The position numbers and the translations under genes are program-made. 64,000 nt of DNA from Eledone cirrhosa (taxonomy: Eukaryota): contig OZ024742.1 of the NCBI GenBank assembly GCA_964016885.1, forward strand, positions 237,832,001 through 237,896,000. Direction: 5' to 3'. The notes under the pieces were generated by a model that was given only the letters and a program-made list of their open reading frames with translations, was not told where the DNA came from and made no database searches. Positions 53,760-64,000 of this stretch are shown here, in pieces; position 1 is the stretch's first letter, and the number at the start of each line of letters is the position of its first letter.

Positions 53760-56053
53760 TATATATGAAAAAGAACACAAGAGCGTCCACAACATCAAAA
53801 GATTTTTATTGGCTTACAATGTTTCTTCCTTACGTAACCGTACGATTCGTCAGAGCTATAAAAGGGGTTTGATTGGTGTTATGGACTCTACCAACCAAAC
53901 ATTCAAGAACAAAGAGTAAAGAGAGTAAAGAGCAAAAGTAGGGGACGATAAGTCTAATTTTGGTGCGGGAGGGTGGGGTGTGGGTCCTTGTTTACTAGCT
54001 GCGGTCATATTCATTTCCGGGAGTCGGGTGGTTAGCTGAACCATAGATGGGGTGGCGTCGATAGTATGGTGCAGAGGGTGCGCAGAGGCTACACAAACAC
54101 AAAGGGCGTACAATATATATATATATATATATAGCGGAGGAGAAGGTACATGAGGTAATTAGAAATGGAAAAAGAGTAATAATAATAATCTATAATTAAT
54201 AGTGTATAATAAGGCATGGGGAAGATTACACTATAATAAGGTATAAAGGTAAGAATAAGGTAAAATATAAAGGAGGATAAAAGTGGAAATAATAAAGATT
54301 AAAAAAATATATAGAGAGAATATATAAAGAAATATAAGCGAATATTTGGAGGGGAAAACACAATGTAAAAAAACCGATTTTTTCAAATAATAATAAAAAT
54401 ATAATAATTATGGGGGGGAGAAAACAGGATAGAGAAATATGATCAAGTGTGATTAGTTGGGAGAATATAAGATGATAATAGTTATGTCCAGTTTATACAT
54501 CTTAATAATAAATAATATGTGTATCAGAGTTGCAGAACCTTCAATTCACTTACGGGTTCAAGCCACGTGGCATGGTCCATTGTTTATTTGTGCGGTCATG
54601 TGCGTTTGTTTTTGACACCACAGCAGATGCACAAGTTTGTAAATTCCAATGCAGATAGAAATCTATTTTTGCTCACCCGGACATTGACGGAGGATCCAAT
54701 ATTCCTAGTTCAATATGTGTTTGGTGTTATTTTGGTCGCACAAATCAATCAATTGGTTCAATATATGGAGTATGGTTTTCTGGTCTTCGTAACAGTGTCA
54801 GTGGTTGTATATCTGGAGATCACAAGGATCACAGTACTCCGGTTTGGTGTGATTATCGGTCATCCAGCTATGTTGTTGGTGGTTGGATTCAAATCTATTC
54901 GCCCGAACGTTGAACTTTGGTGTCGATAGGACATTAACGAAGCAGGGTGAGATCGCATCTGTGGTACAAACCGATAATCACACCAAACCGGAGTACTGTG
55001 ATCCTTGTGATCTCCAGATATACAACCACTGACACTGTTACGAAGACCAGAAAACCATACTCCATATATTGAACCAATTGATTGATTTGTGCGACCAAAA
55101 TAACGCCAAACACATATTGAACTAGGAATATTGGATCCTCCGTCAATGTCCGGGTGAGCAAAAATAGATTTCTATCTGCATTGGAATTTACAAACTTGTG
55201 CATCTGCTGTGGTGTCAAAAACAAACGCACATGACCGCACAAATAAACAATGGACCATGCCACGTGGCTTGAACCCATAAGTGAATTGAAGGTTCTGCAA
55301 CTCTGATACACATATTATTTATTATTAAGATGTATAAACTGGACATAACTATTATCATCTTATATTCTCCCAACTAATCACACTTGATCATATTTCTCTA
55401 TCCTGTTTTCTCCCCCCATAATTATTATATTTTTTATTATTATTTGAAAAAATCGGTTTTTTTACATTGTGTTTTCCCCTCCAAATATTCGCTTATATTT
55501 CTTTATATATTCTCTCTATATATTTTTTTTATCTTTATTATTTCCACTTTTATCCTCCTTTATATTTTACCTTATTCTTACCTTTATACCTTATTATAGT
55601 GTAATCTTCCCCATGCCTCATTATACACTATTAATTATAGATTATTATTATTACTCTTTTTCCATTTCTAATTACCTCAGGTACCTTCTCCTCCGCTATA
55701 TATATATATATATATATATATTGTACGCCCTTTGTGTTTGTGTAGCCTCTGCGCACCCTCTGCACCATACTATCGACGCCACCCCATCTATGGTTCAGCT
55801 AACCACCCGACTCCCGGGAATGAATATGACCGCAGCTAGTAAACAAGGACCCACACCCCACCCCCCGCACCAAAATTAGACTTATCATCCCCTACTTTTG
55901 CTCTTTACTCTTTGTTCTTGAATGTTTGGTTGGTAGAGTCCATAACACTAATCAAACCCCTTTTATAGCTCTGACGAATCGTACGGTTACGTAAGGAAGA
56001 AACATTGTAAGCCAATAAAAATCTTTTGATGTTGTGGACGCTCTTGTGTTCTT

Positions 56054-56060
<7 letters not shown>
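53760..56060. mobile_element. ~2.3-kb palindrome: inverted pair of PLE 3' ends (decayed GIY-YIG tail, 3' UTR and HHR)
   Basis: Arms 53760-54860 and 54970-56060 are near-identical reverse complements around a ~110-bp spacer. ...QWTMPRGLN (PxGLN PLE C-terminus) at ~55250-55275; HHR near each outer end. Confidence 0.9.
55961..56020 (+). ncRNA. Type I hammerhead ribozyme, intact core; mirror copy on minus at 53803-53862
   Basis: ttttatagct-CTGACGA-atcg-tacg(gtta)cgta-aggaa-GAAA-cattg-TA-agccaataaaa. Confidence 0.8.
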
Positions 56061-56092
<32 letters not shown>

Positions 56093-56169
56093 TATATACA
56101 TATACATATACATATATATATACATATATATATACATATACATATACATATATATATATATGTATGTAT

Positions 56170-57585
56170 GTGAAGTATAGTGAAAGAGTGAAATATGGTC
56201 GGCTGTACAAAAAGGGTTTTATTTATAGTATTAACAATTGTTTCATTGATCAGGTAAGTTTAAAGGGCGCTAATCACTCGAAGTTGCGTCACTCGACATT
56301 AAATACAGTGTGTGTTTTTGATCAAATCATCGGAATACTGGAGTGTTTAACACATGGCGTTGGTATTTATAGATACATCGGAGAATCAAAACAATAACAT
56401 CAATAATAAAAGATAATAAAAGATAATAATAAAGATGTTAGAATGAGGATGATAAAGATGTAAAAAATAAGTAAAAAATAAGTACAGAACACGATTGCTG
56501 ATAATAGTAGTGATGGTGATGGTAGTTGAAGTTACAGTGGTGAGTAAGTGTATATGTAAAGTAGTGATGACGGTAGAGATAACAATAGCATGAAAAGAAA
56601 CATTAAATACATATGTAGTGGTCAAATCTCAGAGGATTAGAGTAAAAGAAATTAGAAATAAAAAATAATAACAAATAACAGATAAAAGGTAAAAAATAAT
56701 AAATAAAAATTAAGTGAGAGGGGGAAGAGATAAGGGACAGGAGACAGAGGATGGGGTGGTGATAAGAGGATGATACATAAGGGGTAGGGCTAATGACGAG
56801 GAAGGAGTAGATAGATAAATAGAGAATAAAAGTTAAAGGGCAGTGTTGATATATGGGTGGTTAATGTTTTATCTTAATGGAGGTGATGTGGCTATAGGGA
56901 GAGAGTGAAAGAAATGTTGGAAGATTTATGATATTGATTTAATGACCAGTTGGTCAGTTGACAGCTAACAACAGTGGGGTGGTGTGTAGCTAGAACATTA
57001 AAATCCGGGTGGTTCTGCTTGAATTCTGAGATTGCTGGATCGAATCATGTTGGTTTGAAGTTTGCGAACTTGGTAGCTGTTTTGTGCCGACAGAAAATTG
57101 ATCGTTCTATTTTGTTGTTAAGCAGCATTTTATCAAACTTTAAAATATGGAACAGCTCCATATTGCAAAGTCTGCAGTGGGACATTCCATTATTGTAGGT
57201 TCTTGCTCCTGATAATTTCGATCAGCTAATCCTATATTCGTGGTTGGTATCCTTAAGTTGCCAGATTTTATTGGCCAGCGTTGTTGAGTTCTCTAGTCTA
57301 CGGTTTTTCATAGAATGTCTATGTACATACCATCTTTTTTTTACTTCCCCAGCCGTAGAAACTATGTAGTGCCATGCTAAGTTGCCCGAATTGATAGTAC
57401 ACAGGTACACTATACTTGATTCCAGGCATCTATTTTGTAGTGGGCATTTATCCGGCAGGTGGCAGTTACAGTTGGAGGCCTTCCTGTGTGCAGGTTCTCC
57501 GTTGCGGTTTTGTATGTTGTTATGTGTTTGCGGTTTGTATTTAGTGCTATGGTGTATGTTGGTAGGTTATTTTCGTTAGAGATTA
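56170..57585 (-). mobile_element. PLE 3' portion: GIY-YIG (57070-57520), 3' UTR and long-stem-II HHR at 56227-56339
   Basis: CNC...KCPLQNRCLESSIVYLCTI...HYIVSTAGEVKKRWYVH...STTLANKIWQLKD; agtatt-CCGATGA-t-ttgatca...tgatcaa-t-GAAA-caattg-TT-aatact. Both ends lie in TA-rich repeats. Confidence 0.85.
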
Positions 57586-57589
57586 CCTC

Positions 57590-57625
<36 letters not shown>

Positions 57626-57631
<6 letters not shown>

Positions 57632-58260
57632 GACGTAAAATAAGAAAATTTAAAAAATTAAAAATCAACTTACTTACTAAAATTTTCACTCCAACTAATT
57701 AGTTTCTGTAAGGGGATAAATATAGTTACATAATATAACTATAGAGAATTCCTTACGTCAATCGGGAGTCTATTCTCAGCTAAGTTCCCAGGCGATGCGC
57801 GGACACTAGGAACCCATATAAAAATAATAATAATTCAGTGGATGGAATAAAGCTAGCGAGGACTAAATTCCGGAGCACTGAAAAAATTCACTGCCTCTGG
57901 TCAGTGGCAGATTCTAAAGAATCAATCACGTGACACTGAGATTAATCAGTTAGGAGCGGGGTGGTATTATGACAAGAGTCTACTACTACCATGAATCAGC
58001 AGTAAATGTTGGCAAGTTTTGCTCAACAAATAATTTGGAGATAAATATAGAGAATTAGTACATTTGTGTACAGATGTTCACCTATGCTAGCAAATATATA
58101 TGTTATGTCTTAGTACCTTTGTGGTTCTATGCAGGGGGGATGCAGAACAATTATATGAAAGACGTAAAATAAGAAAATTTTAAAAATTAAAAATCAACTT
58201 ATTTATCCCTTACAGAAACTAATTAGTTGGAGTGAAAATTTTAGTAAGTTGATTTTAAAT
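57626..58260 (-). mobile_element. Non-coding element with terminal direct repeat, inverted stub and degenerate HHR (57688-57769)
   Basis: 57626-57672 is repeated at 58155-58201, and 57673-57721 is inverted at 58201-58250. Minus: actcc-CGATTGA-c-gtaagg...ccttac-a-GAAA-ctaattag-TT-ggagt. Confidence 0.72.
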
Positions 58261-58265
58261 GTACT

Positions 58266-58582
<317 letters not shown>

Positions 58583-58589
58583 GTGTGTG

Positions 58590-59198
58590 TGTGCAAAAAG
58601 CAAACAAGAGTAACAAAACAAACAACACAGTACAATGAAGAAATATATTATTAGTTATATTCTTGATATAGTAGGAAAAGTGTCTTAACATTTCGAACGC
58701 TAGTCCTTTATTAGAAAATAGAATGAGAAATTAAAGAAGAAATAGAAAGATTGAGGAGACGGGCAGTGGCGGAGACGAAAATAATACTTTTAGAGAAAAA
58801 AAAAATGCCCTTTCTGGTCATCATCTCTAAGAAAACTGTTGATGCTGGCGTTTTGTGTAAGATAATCTTGTTTTAAAAGGTGGTGATCGAGCACGTCTAT
58901 CTGAAAGAGAAAAAAATCCGTTTTGTACATGTGCGCGTGCGTATATATATATTTGTGTATATGTAAATATAAGTGTGTGTGCGTGTGTGTTTGTGAGTAG
59001 TAAGCCGTGAGCAAATGGGTGTGTATATAAAGGTGTGTGTGTGTGTGTTTACGTGTGTGGGTGTGTGTTTAGTTGTTTGTCCGTACAGAGCTGTGAAGGT
59101 AAGTGCAAAATTGTGTGTTTTTGTTGGTCTGTATAAACTGTAAGAGCGTGTGTTTCTGACTATAACAGAGCCATAGGAACCTAGGGAGTGAATATTAC

Positions 59199-59259
<61 letters not shown>

Positions 59260-59540
59260 CGGACCAAGTAAGGATGACTAGGATTACAGAAGTGAGCACG
59301 AACGTATGTGTGCAACTTTTAAAAAAATGGGGAGGGGAGTTGAATCCATTCAGGAAACTGGACCCAAGCTGGAAAATCAGACTCTGCTCAGTCCTGGTGC
59401 GCGAGGCCTGGGATCCGTGATGTAAAAGGATACCAAGGACTAAGACATTTAGGGAAGAGTGGCCTGGGGAACAGAAATGACGAACGACGGGTGTGTTCAT
59501 GCCGAATCGTATGATTTTACTCCTCGATATCCAGGACCCT
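58590..59540 (-). mobile_element. PLE 3' end (Neptune-like GIY-YIG C-terminus, 3' UTR, decayed minimal HHR at 58683-58718)
   Basis: PVVRHFCSPGHS...RTRTEQSLIFQLGS...GFN; pseudo-LTR homologous to 5420-5600. Confidence 0.8.
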
Positions 59541-59942
59541 ATTTTACAACGCTCTTGATTTCGCTAGCAATTTCACCAATATAGACGAGTTAAACCGATT
59601 AGTCATATCCCACTGCAGAATAACCCTCCTCTTTAATATTAGCAACCCATGGACAAAGAAATCCACTAACAACGATCCATTCGATGTGCCGATGGGATCA
59701 TTTGACAGCGCCGATATATGCGATTTTGGTGGCCTTTTTAATCTTAGCCACACTACGTGATAAATTTCTTGATTTCTATACGGGCTTATATCGTGACGAC
59801 GGTCTGGCTCTATCGAGCCATAAAAGTGACCATGACCTCGGCACATCTAGAAAAAAAAACGATCACTGCTTTCAGCATCCTAAGCTTAAAAATTACTCGA
59901 TCCAAGCTCACCAATGTTAATTTCCTTGACGTTAATTTAGAC
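59540..59942 (+). pseudogene. PLE reverse transcriptase fragment
   Basis: FDVPMGSFDSADICD, GLYRDDGLAL, LKIT and VNFLDVNLD, with frameshifts. Confidence 0.82.
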
Positions 59943-60313
59943 CAAAGGTTCTCAACGGAGGGGGAGGGCGGCGTTTCGGAGATCCGGGGAGGGGGCTTAG
60001 TGGGGCGTTTGAAGCTTTGGAGGGCGTTGGAAGCGCCTTTAGTTTGGTAAGTTTTATAAGTCATATTTGTACGTCTCTTAGACAGCCAGTGTGAATGCAT
60101 TTGAATGAAGAAAACGAAGAAAATAAATAAAAGAAGCCTGTTAAGGGAGATAAAAGAAAAACAAAAGAAATCAAAGAAAATGAACATAAGAACGTCAATT
60201 TTGACAACAGTTACAAGAACAGCTTCAACAAAAATGACAACAAAAAGATGTAATGGTGATGAAAGGTGTGGGTGTATACATATACATACATACGAACATA
60301 CAGATACATGCAT

Positions 60314-60370
<57 letters not shown>

Positions 60371-60802
60371 CACAGGCCTGCATTAGTGTTTGATGAGGTT
60401 GAGAACCTGGTCAGCTTTCAGCCAGAGCTGTGGTATTTACTCTCCCTAGGTAATAAAATCTGGAGACAGAATTTTCTCCGTACCCCCCCCCCCCCCCCCA
60501 AAAAAAAAAACATAAATAATCATGTCAATATCCTTACAACCTTAAATATAAATGCACGTATTTCATTTCATTTGAGTTTGAGTCCATGCTCAGGCCAAGT
60601 CGAAGACTCCACCCACGTGTATATACAAATGTATAAATGCATAGCTATATACATACGTAAATGTATGTATGTATATATGTATTTATGTGTGTAGATTTAT
60701 ATATATATATATTTATATATAAATCTACATACATAAATACATATATACATACATACATTTACGTATGTATATAGCTATGCATTTATATTTAAGTGTGTAA
60801 AG

Positions 60803-60896
<94 letters not shown>

Positions 60897-60897
60897 T

Positions 60898-61700
60898 AGT
60901 ATAAAAGAGAAAACACAGGTAAGCATTAAAAGAAGGATTTTATCCAGGTATTTACGACCGTTTCATTGGTAAGTGCAACCTTATATTGCTATACTTCAAA
61001 TAGCAGCCACTCAATTATAATTGTTGTTCACAGTCCAAATTTTCAAAATAGTGAGTAAGTTACTCTTGAAGTAATTCTTAATATATAGAGAAAAACATTT
61101 ATTTGGAATTGTATTTACTAGTATAGAGAGAGAGGGATCAGAAGGTGAGGGGACAAACTCCCACTATGATCAATTTAATTCTCTTTAACTGACTACATTC
61201 CACGACATGAAGTCTACTTATCAAAACTGATCAAGGTATCCTTCCACCTCTACCCCTCCCTCCATCTCAGTTTGTCATTCTACTTCCTAACTCTTCCCCC
61301 TTCCTCTCTCTCTATACTATTCCGTTTGTCCCCTCACCTCCTGATTCCTCTCTCTCTATACTAGTAAATACAATTCCAAATAAATGTTTTTCTCTATATA
61401 TTAAGAAGTAACTTACTCACTATTTTGAAAATGTGGACTGTGAACAACAATTATAATTGAGTGGCTGTTATTTGCAGGATAGCAATATAAGGTTGCACTT
61501 ACCAATGAAACGGTCGTAAATACCTGGATAAAATCCTTCTCTTAATGCTTACCTGTGTTTTCTCTTTTATACTTTATACTCCAAGATTGAACGGAATTCT
61601 TACAAACTTGTGGAGTTACCCCTAACCGTACGTTGAAAGCATCCATGAAACTGGCTTTCTTAACCACGAACTGGATCACAAAAAGCAATTTTTTGCTTCC

Positions 61701-61706
<6 letters not shown>
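60898..61706 (+). mobile_element. Fold-back unit (arms 60898-61158 and 61324-61573) plus tail in microsatellite, degenerate HHR at ~61469-61522
   Basis: ~250-bp near-identical inverted arms; the HHR 3' half GAAA-cggtcg-TA-aata is preserved. Confidence 0.85.
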
Positions 61707-61768
<62 letters not shown>

Positions 61769-61778
61769 CACACACACT

Positions 61779-61815
<37 letters not shown>

Positions 61816-61993
61816 CTAAGGCGGGTAAAATTCACGAGATCCATGGACGAGTTCTCTCCAGCGGTCTCTGTCCCTCATTATCGCTGCCATATCCTGCATC
61901 ACCAACAGACCAGTGTCTGTCCTTAGGGCATCAACATATATATATATATATTCTTTTTTCAGTCTGATCTACCATGTTTGAGCCCCCTGTTGG

Positions 61994-64000
61994 AGATAGA
62001 TAGATAGATAAGTTTCTATTTATTTGCCACCAGGGCACAAAAGAAAGGGACAAATACAAAGGGGGGGGGGGTTACAAACATTTAAAGGACGTGTAAAAAA
62101 TATAAATAAAATTAAACAATCGAAGTCCTCAATATGGAGGGTTGACGTGGGTGGCACACACCCCCGAACAAATGTGCAACCCTCCTCCTTCTCCTCCCCT
62201 CTCACCTACAGGCTGATATAGAGAGAAGGCACATTCACTCGGGCCATTCTCGCCACTTTCACCCACCTTTCATAAAACTTGCTGGGGTAGAGCACCTCTC
62301 TCTCCATTCTGATCCTTATTCTAAAATGGTATTTGAAAAAAAGGACCAGTTGTTGGCCGGAGAGAAAGGTGTGTGACCTCATCCCTTTCAACCTCCTCCA
62401 CCATACAACCTATTTAGCCATAGCTATCACACAGAGAAAACCGCCTCTCCTTCGTTTTTGAAGGGGGGAGGCGGTTTGATCGTGACAATGTACTCGGTGG
62501 TCAACCGGATTGGTCCCACCCGCGACAGTAGTCGTTCCACATAGCCCAACAGGTCAGCAACGCCCGGGCAGTGTACGAATGCGTGCGTGACGGTTTCCTC
62601 GTCACGCACGCATCTCGGACAGATCTTTTTCGAGGGGTCCCTACCCGGGCGCCCGTGTCTGTATAGCTTGTCCCGAACGGGTAGAGCTCCTGCCAAGTCA
62701 GGGACTTCTGGAAGTTGTCCATCGGTCCCGGGCCAAACGTCCTACCGAACAGACTGGCTAGTTCGTCTTCCTCCATGCCCAGAGCTTCTCCGAGAGCTTC
62801 GTCACACTTGCTGCGCACTAACCCTCTATAGAATGTCGAGGTGGAGTCTCCACTGGTTGCCGGATCCGCTTGCCAGAGGGCCGTGAGCGCCTGGGCACAT
62901 TAAATGTGCCATTTGCCCATTTTTCTCGGTATTTGCTTGACCAAGGATTGCAGCTCGGTGAGCGAGACGAGTCTAGGAAAGGCTCGCCTCACAAAGGGGG
63001 CCCACACCGGTTGACCGGTGAGGAATACCTGGAGGTGCCGTAGCCTTGATGCGTATTTACGCATCGTCATCCATGGCATCCTCAGCCTTCCGTTCGAAGG
63101 GTGTTGACAGCAGATGAATATTCTCACCAAAGGGGCCCGCTTTTTCCAAAAGAATTGGAAAAGCGTGCGCTCCATTTTGGCGAGCGTTTTCGCTGGGCAA
63201 GGCACGACGGTCAAGCGGTAGTATATGACGGACGCTATATAAGTGTTCGCCACCTCCGCTCGACCTTTCAGGGACAGTTTGCACTCGGCCCACTTCTGGG
63301 CGAGTGCAAACACCCTGCCCGTTACCACGTCCCAGTTTTCCTCCACCTGGAGGTCTGGTCCGAACCAGACTCCGAGCAGCTTCACCGGTCCCTTCGTCCA
63401 GCGTCCGACGGCGCCGTCGGAGGGCATCGGTTTGCCTCTCCACGTTACGAGTTGCAAACCGACGGACTTGTCCCGGTTCAGATTGGCTCCTGTAAACCTT
63501 TCGTATTCCTCCAGTAAGGTGCCGAGTTCCCCGATTTCCGAGGCGCACGACACCATTACTGTCACGTCATCGGCGTAGGCCGACACCGCTTTCCGCAATC
63601 CCGGTTCCAAGGGGATTCCCTGGAACAGCTCCAACTTCCGCAGTAGTGGCTCGAGAGTCAGTACATACAGAAGGAAGGAAAGAGGGCATCCCTGTCGGAT
63701 GGATTGCGTGATTTGGAACGGATCCGAGAGGTAGCCGTTAACCTTGACGCTCGAACAGATGTTGCTGCTATGCATTGCAGCAATCCAGCTCCTGAAAACG
63801 GGTCCGAAGCCTGCCGCCGCGAGCACTGCATCCAGGTACCGATGGTCGACCCTATCGAACGCCTTAGATTGATCCAATTTGATCAGGGCCCCACCAAAGC
63901 CGGGTTAATTCCCTACCCTCTCTACGATGTATCGCATGATGTGGACGTTCTCGTGTATGGACCTGGACGGGATTGCGCATGTCTGTGCTTCTCCCACCAG
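61994..64000 (-). mobile_element. L1/Tx1-type LINE: ORF2 RT plus C-terminal zinc finger, 3' UTR, AATAAA and (TATC)n tail; continues beyond the window
   Basis: LDQSKAFDRVDH, IRQGCPLS, AYADDVT, KLLGVWF, LSLKGR and CPRC...ETVTHAFVHC. A stop at ~63905 and frameshifts after 62900. GC-rich relative to its surroundings. Confidence 0.93.

Noticed and set aside
54519-55311. Two near-identical ORFs (136 and 125 aa) as a duplicated gene
   Set aside because: They are the antisense frame of the decayed PLE in the two palindrome arms.

Overview
AT-rich, microsatellite-saturated eukaryotic DNA. I found no host protein-coding gene I can support, so it reads as intronic or intergenic. The repeat content (tRNA-headed SINE with a Nin-like core, a Ceph/OR2-like SINE, RTE, CR1 and L1/Tx1 LINEs) points to an octopod cephalopod; this is inferred from repeat families, not a database result. 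Almost all ORF-track entries are translated (TA)n/(CA)n/(GA)n noise, and the real coding remnants are all from mobile elements: a near-complete but disrupted Penelope-like element (PLE, 27018-30672), several other PLE GIY-YIG/RT fragments, RTE, CR1 and L1/Tx1 fragments, a Tc1/mariner (maT-like) transposase relic and a probable solo LTR. The ORF track misses the dominant structure. There are about 18 loci with type I hammerhead ribozyme (HHR) architecture, roughly half with intact cores and some with an unusually long stem II. There are also about 15 fold-back units, mostly set in or against (TA)n tracts (inverted stub, then sense copy, then tail), the largest being a ~2.3 kb palindrome at 53760-56060. 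These look like PLE pseudo-LTR or retrozyme-like insertions from many families. Also notable are an age-graded tandem SINE array with a repeated 16-bp target and a 5'-inverted RTE whose odd junction is shared with a second copy. Coordinates were read by eye and may be off by a few bases.
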